A stretch of DNA of 64,000 bases, taken from assembly GCA_964106915.2 (NCBI GenBank), contig OZ066916.1; one strand, given 5' to 3'. This stretch comes from Podarcis gaigeae. Its lineage: Eukaryota. Both the position numbers and the translations under genes were made by a program. Below, piece after piece: positions 13,114-24,951 of this stretch. The notes beneath the pieces were generated by a model. The model was not told the DNA's origin and ran no database searches. It worked only from the letters and a program-made list of their open reading frames with translations. Positions within the stretch are counted from its first letter, which is position 1. The number at the start of each line of letters is the position of its first letter.

Positions 13114-13355
13114 CAGTGGTACCTTGGGTTAAGTACTTAATTCATTCCGGAGGTCCGTTCTTAACCTGAAACTGTTCTTAACCTGAAGCACCACTTTAGC
13201 TAATGGGGCCTCCTGCTGCTGCTGCGTCACCGGAGCACGATTTATGTTCTCATACTGAAGCAAAGTTCTTAACCTGAAGCACTATTTCTGGGTTAGCGGA
13301 GTCTGTAACCTGAAGTATATGTAACCTGAAGCGTATGTAACCCAAGGTACCACTG
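13114..13355 (+). mobile_element. Tc1/mariner (Tigger-like) MITE, 242 bp
   Basis: Perfect 18-bp TIR CAGTGGTACCTTGGGTTA / TAACCCAAGGTACCACTG, TA TSD on both sides, internal AACCTGAAG repeats. Strand is arbitrary. Confidence 0.92.
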
Positions 13356-15249
13356 TAACACTTAACTGCAATAACCTCTAAGTGGCTTACAAGGATTCAA
13401 TACAAAAAAAGTAAATATCAGTTAAAACTACAAAAACAAACTTCAGTTAAAATCCTGCTAGATTGTTTTGTTTTTTAAAAGAAGTATTCTGTAGGCACCA
13501 CAAATTCAGTAGGGAGAGATCCGTTTGACCTCCGGTGGAAATGAGTTCCATAAAATTGGACCCATAATATTAAATGCATGGCTTCTGGTGGGTGAAGACT
13601 GTGCATCTGAGCCACAGCATTTTGCACTGGCTGGAGCCTCACACAGAGCACATTGCAATAATCTAGTCTTGAGGTTAACTGAGCCTTGGTATCCTACACC
13701 TCTGAAGGCACATTAAGCCATGACAGAGAGCATTAGGCTCAGATGACCTGTTATATTCATAGCCAGTACAAATTACTCAAGCTCAGAGCCCACAACCCTT
13801 TTTGGTATGAGCACTGGACTTGTGGCTCCACATTTCTATATGGAGCATCTAAGAAAAAGACAAGCATACTAGTATAGTTCTGGCTGGGGGTGGGATGGGC
13901 TATGGAGAGGCAGTAAGAATGTGACCATGTTCTCCTGTTAAATATACTTTCTACAATAGTGCAAAATATTTCAAATAAAACAACATTTTGCAATGTTTGC
14001 CTCGTGTGCCACAGCTAAAGATTCATGTTAAACAAATACATCTTGTGGAAGTAAATATCCGTGATTCAATTAAATCCTAGGAAGAAATTTGCAACTGAAA
14101 AGCTAAGGGTTTTGGTCTAACAAATGCCCAAACCTCAAACCTGCTGGTATTTGTTTTGTGCTCTACACTACGGTAAACAGAGCAATTTTTATAAGTTCTG
14201 TGCAAATTTTCTTCTCATGTATACCTGTTATCTTTTCTCAACTAGTCATGCTGATAAATTTCTAAGGAAAGGACAATTCAAGATTGCAGGAGCCTACACG
14301 CCATGCTTTGCCGTTATTTTTGAGCAATTATTTTTCAGTTCTTCAATGACATGGAAACTGCAACAGCTTACAAATCACAGAGGCCAGGATGCCTAGCTGC
14401 ACATATAAAAGACGTTCACTAAAGACAGATGCTTCAGAAAGACACAAAAAGCACAGACAGAAGCCTAGTGGGGAATTTTCAATGCTTTGAAACATATATT
14501 AATCCAATATATTAATAGCACCTCATTCTTTGCATGCCCTATGCAGCCAAAACAGTAATATCCATGCATCAGAGGAAGGATTGAAAATTTGAGGAGATCC
14601 TAAAGTCTGCAGAAGCACAAAATATATTTAGGACAAAACTAAGTAGCCGCACCGAAAACTGCTTAATGAGGATTGAACGTTCTCAGTGGGATGACACCAA
14701 AACTGGTGGGAAGAGTGAATGGAATGGAGAATCTTGAAAGGGCATGGCTGGCCGGCTGGCATCCTGAACAGGAGTTAAGGAATGGAATGGGTGGTTTGGC
14801 TGGAACTGGCCAGTGAAGTTGCATGCGGCTGCAGCTGGCAGGAGAGGCTAACCTGAGAGAGAAGTCACAGTGTACAGAAGAGCAAGGCAGAAAATGGAAG
14901 CTGGGAAGCTAGTGGCCCCTCTGTAGGGAAGCTAGTGTACTGCACCCGGCAATCATTCAAAAAATAAAACTTTCTGCACAAGAGGGGAGAATGGCTTGAG
15001 CAGGGACTCTTGTCTTTGATGCTGATTTTAGCCCACTCAACAGAGACACATTTTTAAACTTGTTTCATATTAGACCAAAAGTAAAGGAGGCTGGCTTCCT
15101 AATTGGTGGTGTCGCAAAGGGACCTAGAACAGCCATGTTCTGTTCCCCTTTTGTTCTGGTTTATGAGGGAGGCCCTCTCTCTGTTGAAAGGTTTCTAATT
15201 CCTCCAACTCTCTTGATTACTGTATGGTCTCTCTCTAGCACCTACACAG

Positions 15250-15762
15250 CAACATGAGAAGAGCCCTCCTGGTTCAGGCCAATGGCCCATCTAGTTTAGC
15301 ATTCTGTTCTCCCACACACCAGACACCCATGGGGAAATATGCAAGCAGAATACTTGAGTGAAACAGAACTCTCCCCATTTGAGCTTCCCACTGTCTGGCA
15401 TTCCGAGGCACACACTGCCTCTAACAGCAGAGCTAGAACATAGCCACTGGGACTAGCAGTCACTGATAGCCACATCTCCATGAATTTGTCTAATCCTCTT
15501 TTAAAGCCATCCAAGTTAGTGGAGATCACTACCTCTTGTGGGAGCAAATTTCATAGTTCAACTCTATTTTATCCCATCCTGAATCTTTCAATATTCAGCT
15601 TCCTTGGATGTCCCTGACTTCTAGTATTAGGAGAGATAGAGAAAAACTTCTTACCCAACTTTCTCTACATCAGTTTTGTTGACCTCTGTCATGTCCCCAC
15701 TTATTTGCCTTTTCTCTAAGCTAAAAAGTTCCAAATGCCATAACCTTTCCTCACAGGGGAGT
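15250..15762 (-). mobile_element. CR1 LINE 3' portion
   Basis: Minus-strand peptide LPQEVVISTNLDGFKRGLDKFM is the typical CR1 ORF2 C-terminus, followed by a CR1-like 3' UTR. Confidence 0.85.
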
Positions 15763-16204
15763 CGAGGAGATGTCTGCCACTCATGCTGGCGAAACAGTTC
15801 AGGAGGAGCAAGGAGACCCACAGAGCTTAAGAGAGTGGAATATTATATAAATGGACTGATGACATAGCTCCTTCTTTCAGCTAAGACGAAAGCCTTCTTC
15901 AGTCTTATATTGGGAAACCCTTAGGAATGGAACATGTGTTCCTTAAAGAAACACGTGGATTGCAGAAAGAATCATTAGTCAGAGGAGCAACACATTAGCC
16001 TTCCCAGGCATTTGGGTTTCATTTTCATTTTAGATGTGCTAGAATCCAATGCATTCTTAACATTATTTTCATTCTCATGTGTTAGGGGTAACTCTCTTTT
16101 TTAGGAGTATGTGTATGTATCTGGACTACTTTTAATTCGCTGTCTGAATTTCTTTACCCATGCACTTCAGAGGTCCTCTGCTGCCGTCTGCTAGCATTGT
16201 TTAC

Positions 16205-16384
16205 CTTTCTTCTCAGACTTTTCTGTAACCACCAGTGCTGTCTCTTCCTTTGCTTTGACTTTGGCAGGCGCAACTACCTCTGCTTTGGTTTCCTTATGCT
16301 TCACTCTTTCGGGTGCCTTGGATTCTGGTTTTCTTTCCTTCACATCCTTCTTAGCCTTGTCTTCAACCTTTATGCTCTTCTTGT
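16205..16384 (-). CDS. TRDN: Triadin 180-nt exon (exon 8 equivalent; KEKE region binding calsequestrin/RyR)
   Basis: aatctacag|AC AAG...AAA G|gtaaac; DKKSIKVEDKAKKDVKERKPESKAPERVKHKETKAEVVAPAKVKAKEETALVVTEKSEKK; missed by the ORF track. Confidence 0.93.
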
Positions 16385-16613
16385 CTGTAGATTATATATA
16401 TATATATATGTAAAAAGTCAATATAATTTTTTTGTGCCTGTAGGAAATGTATTTTCAGTAGCTCTTACTGTCCATGCTGCTTCATAGTTTACCGTTGATT
16501 TTATGAATTGCATATTGTCATTTGTATTAAAAGAAAAGGAAAATAGTCCCCAAAGAATTTTAATTATTCTCAACAAACTCCTGGACATATTGAAGAATAA
16601 GGAAAGGAAATAC

Positions 16614-16668
16614 CTTTCGGAGCAACTTCCCCTCCTTTTTTCTTTTTCAGGTTCCACTTATTCTGTTA
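16614..16668 (-). pseudogene. Possible decayed triadin-like exon (55 nt; in-frame stop, length not divisible by 3)
   Basis: ttcag|TA ACA GAA TAA GTG GAA CCT GAA AAA GAA AAA...GCTCCGAAAG|gtattt; ends AAAG|GT like the real exons; weak pyrimidine tract. Confidence 0.35.
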
Positions 16669-18488
16669 CTGAATTATTATTTTTAACCCCCCCCCCCAAT
16701 TGTTATAAAGACTTATATTAACTTACTTTTGAAAGGGAAAAAGTAATTGACACATACTGGGAGACCCATGTCTATAGATATATTGATTTCTTGTTTGTTT
16801 TTTGAAAGCTAATTCTATCTAAACTTCATCAGGGATTTTGGTGCACGCAGACTTGTACAGTACACTTATAGAACTGACAATGAATCAGTTCACAATTAGT
16901 TTCCTTTTAAATGCAAAAATGATGTCTTATCATTTTTCAAAATTGTGGTGTTAAAATTAAGCCATATTTTATAGGAATCAGATTTAAATGACTGTGGCAT
17001 AACTTCTGCAATAACAATAGCTTTAAAAAATCCTATTTCCACTAGCAATACCAGGAGCATTACACAGGACATATTTATTTTTCTTATGGGGTTTCAACTA
17101 CATTATTATCATTTCACATTGCATTATATTCAACAGTAGCTCAGAGCACATGGCAAATGCAAATTAGTGCTGTGCTGAAACCTTTCCACCAATTTCTCAA
17201 AACCTTTTTTCCTGTGCCAAAGGAGTTCCCATTTTTCCTGCCTCTTTCTTAGAGCACTTTACAATTTGGGGGCATGTGGGGTTGAGCTCACCTCATTATT
17301 GTAAGGTGGCTGTGGGTGGTGTGTGTTTTTCCTCCTGGTCTGAAGAAGCCACATAGGGAAAAATTCTTCTTCAAGCTTTAATCAAAGCATAGGAAGCTGG
17401 GGAGATGGCTTCTGAGTGCCTGAGATAAGTGTACCTGCTGATTTCATATTAAAAAAATCTTTCTGCACTGATTTCTTTAAAAGTAAAGAAGACTGCAATT
17501 TTTAAAAAATATCAGACACCCAGCTGGCACCCTATCCACCTTCCTTTGCATAATGGAAAGCACAGGATTATCAGGAAATGGGGGCACTCAGGAAGGCTGA
17601 ACAGTGCAGACCACCAGAGATGATTTGTAGAACTGGAGAAAGGGCACTAAAAACCAACAACATTTGGCCACTCTGCAACTAAGGTAAGTGAAAACACAAA
17701 CAAACAAGCATCCATCCCACCCATGAGAATTCATCTGAAATTTTCCTGTCCCCTTTAATAAATTTTGATTGCATTTCCCCCCTGATGAATTGCTGGAGAA
17801 TGGTCAAAAATAGTGGGGAGAAATTTTCAACATAGCACCAGTGCAAATTACAGATGACATGGAGTTCTATTGCATGAGCAAAGGTAAGTTGTTTTCTCAT
17901 ACACTTCATAGAAACGGAACATACATTTAAATTCCATTTAACACTGAGGTCTCTAAGAAGATAGCTTGGGCCCCACCACTATCTGAAAAGGTCAAGGAGA
18001 TGTAGGCTAGAGAACAAGAGAGAACAAATAGAAAAGACTTTGGAAAATAAATGCTAAGATTTGGCTGAACAGTTTCTCAGAGCTAGGTCAAATAAGCTCA
18101 CTGACTCCACTGTTTCTCCCTATCCCCATAGGCTCTGGAGTTTTCAGGGCTTTGCCAATAGTCACCAAAAGCCTTAAAAATCTCCCTTTGAGGTATTTGC
18201 TTATCCCTCTTTGAGAAGCATTTTGCACCCACAACTTGAACAAAAATGTAATAAAATGTAAAACCATGTCATACAGTGCAGGAAACACCATGAGTCAATA
18301 ATATTCTATTTTTCAAATATTCTTAAATTGGTGACCCATTTATGAATCAAGCTGAGGGGAATTCACCCATCACTAGAGGGTGGTGGAGCTTTGAAGGAGG
18401 CTCGGTATCACCATATCTAATTAACTAAGGATGTTGGAGCTTTTGCCTCTATCCTAAAACCTGTTTGTGGAAATGGTGGTCAAGGGTG

Positions 18489-18578
18489 CATAGCTGTCAA
18501 CTTTTCCCTTTTCTTGCAAGGAATCCTATTCAGAATAAGGGAATTTCCCTTAAAAAAGTGGAAACGTTGACAGCTATG
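18489..18578. mobile_element. 90-bp hAT-type MITE
   Basis: Perfect 13-bp TIR CATAGCTGTCAAC / GTTGACAGCTATG; 8-bp TSD CAAGGGTG at 18481-18488 and 18579-18586. Confidence 0.92.
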
Positions 18579-20369
18579 CAAGGGTGTGAGGGCGAATAAC
18601 TTAGAGTTGAATTTAGAGAAAGGAGAAGTAATGCCAGTGGAGAATGCAAAGGCCTTGGAGGGAGTTAGCATGCATGTTCTGGATGAAATGGAAGTATCAC
18701 CATCAGAACTTATTTAGAATCTAGATGTTCTCTTGGGTCAATCTCTACTCCTGGAAAAGCTGGTTGCTCTGATGGCCAGTGGTAAGTTTTGCAGGCCCTT
18801 CTTGGAAAGGGGTACTTTGTTGCATGCTTTTGCAACCTCCAGGACTGATTCTCCAGAACATAATTCTAGACATGTCTACTCAGACTAAGTCTCACTGTTC
18901 AGTTGGAACAATTCCCAGGTAGAGATGGACAGTTTCTCTCTCACACACCCATCTTAAGTTCCCTTAAATTTCCACAAAGGTTTGTGCTCCCTATGCTACA
19001 AAAACACACCTGTGAAAAGTCCCAAGTAAATTCATCAGAATGGAAAACCATCAGCATTTAGGTGCATAATTCTCCTAATTTTACCGGTATATGCAATTTT
19101 CACTCACATGGACATTTTTATGTGCATTTTCTTTTAATATATCCATTTTTCTACAAGAGAACTAGATTGCAAGCAGAAGTTTTGAAGGACAGCTGTATTT
19201 CAGTTTGTGTATTGTTTTGGGAAGTGCAAATTAGGTAGGTTCTCATTAAAATGTGAACTCCCCCACCCTTACTTCCAGGAAATTATGAAAAGGGGCTGCA
19301 AACTTAAATAAAAATTGTTATCCCATTTGTAAGGGGTTTTTGTCCATCACAAACTTTACCAATCATACATTTAAAGGCTGGAAGAAAATTAGATTGATGA
19401 GAAAACCTAAAGCTTTTCTTCTTTCAAAGTAACTTTAAAAATAGAACAGAAAAATGAAGAATAGAAGTCGTCGTCCTCCTCCTCACAGCCCACTACCCTA
19501 GAATGTGTGTGGTAATTTTGAGATAGAAGCATCTTATCCAGGCATCTTTCCTCGCCTTGCTGTAGAAAGAAGTGAAACTGTCAGTGACAGAAACACACAT
19601 AATCTGCTGGAATGAAAAAGTTGGTGCAGTAAATAAAAGAGGGAAAATGAACGCCTATTTTTAGATGCTATGAAAGTCACAAACAAAGAGATGGTAAACA
19701 ACTCCAAAAACATCTTGATCCTCACTAAATAGAAAACTGATACACAGGTAGAAAAGCTTTGTTAGAAACACATCCCAGAAACCAATTTTGGAGGGGTAAG
19801 GTAAGGGAAAGGACAACAACCACCTCTTATACAATACCCACAGGATATTACCAGAAATCTCTGGATATTCCCTGTGTTTCCTAAGAAGAAGCACTTCATG
19901 AAATGGATATGCTATGTATTAGTACTGGGTGTGTGGGTGGCTGCCGGTGAGCTATGGACAAATGTCATGCAGCTGCTCTAAAATGAACACAAGCCCAGGG
20001 AAGGTTATTGCAAAACAAATTTGTTACGCTTTAAGGTGCCCCCAGGACATTTGATCATAATAGAGAAATGTGAGTAATGAAGGGATTAATAGTTCTTCAT
20101 CAAAACACAACACCAAGTATACCAAACCAAAAATGTTAAATTCATGATGGGCAGAAAATACAAAATGGCAGCCACTGGTGAACAAAATGACAACACTGGG
20201 AAGTTGCACATGAATTGGAAGCTGCTCATGAATTGGGCACCACAGACCAAGCCTCCTTGCCTTCCATTCTGCCACAGTTAATGACACCCAAAATCCGCTG
20301 CCTGATGTAGGCCATTTTCACTGTGCCTTATGGTAGAGCGACTTCTCCATGAAATATAATGAGCATTAC

Positions 20370-20435
20370 CTTTTGGGGAAGGCGGTACTTTCTTTTTAGG
20401 CTTTTCTTCCTTTGCAGGTTTCTCTTTGGGGGGTT
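20370..20435 (-). CDS. TRDN: Triadin 66-nt exon, EPPKEKPAKEEKPKKKVPPSPK
   Basis: ctgttcctttttag|AACCCC...CCAAAAG|gtaatg; phase 1-1, open, K/E/P-rich. Confidence 0.9.
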
Positions 20436-22185
20436 CTAAAAAGGAACAGACACGATACAGCACTTATACAAAAAACAGCAACTGAAATCCATTTGTTTCA
20501 GTGGGTCTACTCTAATTTAATTGGGTACAATCCTAGTTACATTTTACATATCACCTATGAAAATCCACGTGTAGTTTGGTCTATGTTATACACTCTATGC
20601 AATGGCAAACAGCCAGGGATGCATTAAGCTACTTTTAAAAACAAACTAACTAACTAAATCCCACCAATCAGCTGTTCAGGAGGGCATTGGGGGGTGTGGA
20701 TTCAGTGATTGCAATCTAACCTGAAATCTCTCCAAAGAGAGAGATTTCAGAATTTAAACTAAGTATATAGGCTCAGCTACAGCTCATCTTTACACCTCCG
20801 TTTGACTGCAGTCATACGTTTGAACTTCTTTTCAGCAGAGAGGGTTATTTGAAACAACCAGAAATTAAAGCTCAACACAACATAAATATGGATTATCACA
20901 TATGCCTGTGCCACACAGACACTGATAATGAGAACTGGAAATCCTTTTAAACCCTGGTTTATCCATTGAAGTTATTTCAGACAATAGCTGTTTTGTCAAT
21001 CAATAATCTCATTCCCTGCAGTGTATGAACTTTAACCCCCAACTGGCCACTGCAAATACTGAAACATGATTATGCTGGAAGGAAAGTTTAAATTCGATAA
21101 GCTAAAATGAAAAATGACCGTAAGTGCTCCTGCAAATACCACATGTCCACTTGCCTTAAGCAAGTCATTTCCTTTTCAGGCAAATACAGTGTAATTAGTT
21201 TTTCTTTAATTATCATCCATCAACCTTGGAAGTAGAGCACGAGTGGATTCTGTGCCTGGGAGAACACTGTGTTTTCATGACAGTTTCATGGAATAGTCTT
21301 ATAACGGGTACCCCATGATTTCTGTGGAATCAGTTAACATAACATTGGACAAGTTACCCCACCTGAATCTTAGAACAGGTATCATTTCCCTGTCCCAGGG
21401 AAATCTTGTAAATACTCATGGGAATAACTTCATCATCATTTCCATTTTCCAGATGGAGATCTGAAGCTGAGGAATCAGCTCAGTTCATTCTCTGTCATAG
21501 TTCCCATTTATTCCAATGAATGGCACTTGTGCAGGAAGCACTCTTGGTGCATTGGGCCTTTGGTCAATAAGATACAATTCTAGCTATATGTAGATAAAAG
21601 TGCTTTTACTTTTCTGAGCCAATGTGAGGTATGCCTGTGAAGCCATGCACCTAAAAATGATTGACAGTGTGCACATGCATTGAAAACTTGTAATTTGTTA
21701 CTCAAGTCCCTAAAGAATAAGGCAGTTAACATTTTACATAACACTTATCTATAAACAATCCGGCAATCACTAAATTAATTAGCATATCCCCCCTCCCCAT
21801 CTACTGCCACTGTTGCAACCAGGCTGGCTCATTATCTTATTTAATTAAAACCAGTGTTTCATATATATGTTTTCACCTCACTGGCCTTCCCATAATTTTG
21901 AAAGCTTGAAACTAATCAGATAAAGTTTTAGGCTTTGCACATATGAATTTTTAAATCTGAAAACAACTACCAAAAAAGTCTCTACTCTCTTGCAGCTGAA
22001 AGTGTTAGCTTCCTACAAAAAGCAGCATTGTGGCTTGATACCCATTTCGAGTAGGGAGCCACCTGAGAAGGTTTGCCACCATCAACAGTCATTCATAACA
22101 AATGAGATTTACAGCTACAGCAAATCCTGTTGCCAGCTGATAGGAGGAGTGTCCCTGTTCTGCAGCCTTGTAGCACACTCAGGAG

Positions 22186-22446
22186 CATGGGTAGGCAAAC
22201 GAAGGCCCGGGGGCCGGGGCCGGATCCGGCCCAATCACCTTCTAAATCCGGCCTGTGGATGGTCCGGGAATCATCGTGTTTTTACATGAGTAGAATGTGT
22301 GCTTTTATTTAAAATGCATCTCTGGCTTATTTGTGGGGCATAGGAATACATTCATTCCCCCCCCAAAAAAAATATAGTCCGCACCCCCCCACAAGGTCCA
22401 AGGGACAGTGGACTGGCCCCCTGCTGACAAAGTTTGCTGATCCCTG
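22186..22446 (+). mobile_element. hAT-Charlie-like non-autonomous element
   Basis: Ends CATGGGTAGGCAAAC and GTTTGCTGATCCCTG with subterminal GGCCC motifs; no clean TSD seen. Confidence 0.7.
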
Positions 22447-22602
22447 GAGTATACAGGGTCGGGAGGCCCAGGAGGAAAGGAAGTTTGCATAAAGCTAATG
22501 AGGTAGAAATCACAGATCATTCAGTAGGTGTCAGTCAGCAGTCCAGTCAGGTGGGCGGGGTACAAATAATAAAATTATTGTTATTGTTATTATTTTTATT
22601 GA

Positions 22603-22812
22603 TTAGAATGTTGGACTAGGATCTGAGAGACCAGGGTTCAAATCCTTGTTCAGCCAAGATGTTCACGGGGTGACCTTGGGCCAGTCATGATCTCTCAGTC
22701 TAACCTATCTCACCGGATAGTTGTGAGGATAAAATTGGGAAGGGGAAGAAGCATGCATGCCACGTTGAGCTCCTTCGAGGAAAGGTAAGATGTAAATGTA
22801 AAAAATAAATAT
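22603..22812 (+). mobile_element. tRNA-derived CORE-type SINE (Squam3/MIR-like)
   Basis: B box GGTTCAAATCC; GTGACCTTGGGCCAGTCA...GTTGTGAGGATAAA core; A-rich tail. Older copies near 4260-4420 (-), 7030-7215 (+) and 55560-55790 (-). Confidence 0.8.
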
Positions 22813-23568
22813 AGTTCGTGGAACGGGAAGAGGCACCAGCTTACGCTTTTCCCCAGGCAGCAAAATGTCTTGAGTTTTGCCCTGGCTAGAGTGTCACACA
22901 ATGGCATTGTTTCACTCCTCCCCAATCTCAACAGTGTGAAATTCCAGGGATTCCAGGCACTTACCCAAGGTCTGGTTTCCTCAGAATGAGGGACAGCAAA
23001 GACTGTGGTGTCGTCAGGATATGTATTTTTTTACACAGATATACAACCTGAGCCTACTATGGAGGGGCTCGCAGCATTAACACACTAGAAGGTCTTGCTT
23101 CTCCCATAGCCATAGCCTTGGATTCCAGCAGAAACCAGGCATGGCTCTCACTCTCTGGCTTCTGCCTGAAGCCTGTTTCTAGATTTAGTTCACACACATG
23201 CCTTTTTCCTTCTCACCAACAGCCAGGTGAGGGAGGGGTCTACCCATTTGCCCTCTGGCAAAAAGCCACTTCTGCTGCTACCCTAATGAGCCCTACATAG
23301 GGGACTACTACCCCTATGTATGGCCTGGCTATTCCAACAATTGAATCTTTGCTGGATCCAGGAATTAGGTGGGTCTCAGGCAGACATACAGCCTAACTCT
23401 CTGACCCTCCAAACTCACAACAGTATTTACCCCCCCCCCCCCATCCCCTGGCAAACGTAGAGCTTCCTCTCAAAGTAGGGCATCATCTCTCCATATCCCT
23501 GGTGGTTTATTATATGAGTCAGAACTCTTGAGTTGCTCTTTATAGAATTCATGAAAAGCAGCGATTAC

Positions 23569-23673
23569 CTTTGGCTTTCCCCACTTTTTCAGGTCGTTCA
23601 GGTTTGCCGCTCCTGTCAGGCTTTTCTTTCTTTTCGGGCTTTTCATGTCTTTCGGGCTTTTCTTTGTGTACCG
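23569..23673 (-). CDS. TRDN: Triadin 105-nt KPE-repeat exon
   Basis: gtccttttgtag|CGGTACAC...GCCAAAG|gtaatc; AVHKEKPERHEKPEKKEKPDRSGKPERPEKVGKAK; resembles human ATHKEKIEKKEKPE. Confidence 0.92.
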
Positions 23674-24214
23674 CTACAAAAGGACAAGCATATTTAGGTA
23701 CAAGATATAAAAACAGCATCTTGGTCAAATGGTACCAGAGCACAATGGGACTTTCAGACTAAGCTGAGGACAGATAGCACCCTCCCCCCCCCCCCCCGGG
23801 AACTGCTGCCTTTTACCTTCCCTTTATTTCAATGAAACTCTGGCATGCTTGCTGAGGGAATCCCATTTAAATGAATGGCTACGGCACAGCAGCAAAGCAT
23901 AGGGGAATTTGTTCCTATCTCCCATCTATTACTGGGTTGACCTGCTGTTTGTTTGTTTGTTTAATATGGGAAAAGCTAATTATCATTGCCATTTTTTCAC
24001 AACGCACTGGCTTCCAGTATCTATTTTCCTGACAAAATTAACTACTGACAGCTAGTTTTAATTTTTTAAGTATATCCACACACACACACATTGCTAAGCT
24101 ACTAAAACACACACATATAAACCCCATAATATAAAACTGGCAGGTGTGGGTGCTAAGAGTGCCAAGAAAAACTGGCTGAGGGCCCAAACAGATGTAGCGT
24201 CATGGTCTTGAGGA

Positions 24215-24217
<3 letters not shown>

Positions 24218-24262
<45 letters not shown>
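24218..24262. repeat. (AC)n microsatellite
   Basis: Direct read. Confidence 0.95.
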
Positions 24263-24263
<1 letters not shown>

Positions 24264-24820
24264 ACTATTTAAGGACAGGAGGAGAGCTCCCATGAGTGCC
24301 AACATAAACGTCCCTCCTAGGATTATCAGGAGAGAGTGCTGCGCTCAGGTTCTGCATGCAGCTCCCTATAGGCATCAGGTTGACCATTGTGAGAAGAGGA
24401 TGCTGGACTAAATAGGCCTTTGGCTCTTCTTATGTCCCTATGTCCTTCAGGGGAAGCATTTTCATCAGGACCATATTGTGGGTGGAAGATTACCCCGCTT
24501 CCCTGTGTCCCATGTTCATGGCCCTGCAACCCACCACCACAGTTGTTGTCTTGAAATAAAAAAGCCCACATTAAATTCATTTGCACATTTAGCATCATGT
24601 CTATTTCTGCCCCGAACCTCTTGCATAAGAATGTCATTTGAGCTTTTGCTACTATGCAGTAACAATAACAAATCATCTCTAAACATGGCAGAAATGTCCT
24701 AAACCCTGGTCCAGTGCTTTCAGGGGAAATGGGCATTTATGTATTTCCCAGTCTGGCTACCTTTAGCAAGTAAAGATCTAGTCCAAATGACCAGTCAGGG
24801 AAGATTTTATAAGCTTGAAA

Positions 24821-24951
24821 AGAATCATAGACTTGTAGTGCTGGAAGAGACCATGGCGGTCATCTAGTCCAACCCTTAGCAATGCAGGAATCTTTTACCC
24901 AATGTGAGGCTCAAACTCACAACCCTGAGATCAAAAGTCTCACACATTACC
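24821..24951 (-). mobile_element. tRNA-Lys-derived SINE with CR1-type tail
   Basis: Same family as 45219-45355. Confidence 0.75.

Noticed and set aside
13114-13355. AACCTGAAG spaced repeats as a CRISPR-like array
   Set aside because: Short, irregular and internal to a TIR-bounded MITE in a vertebrate genome.
16197-16487. Plus-strand hydrophobic ORFs, also 23571-23762 and 26779-27090
   Set aside because: Antisense shadows of K/E-rich triadin exons.
22955-23010. Strong minus-strand donor GG|GTAAGT
   Set aside because: The nearest plausible acceptor gives a 38-nt non-triadin segment that would shift the frame.
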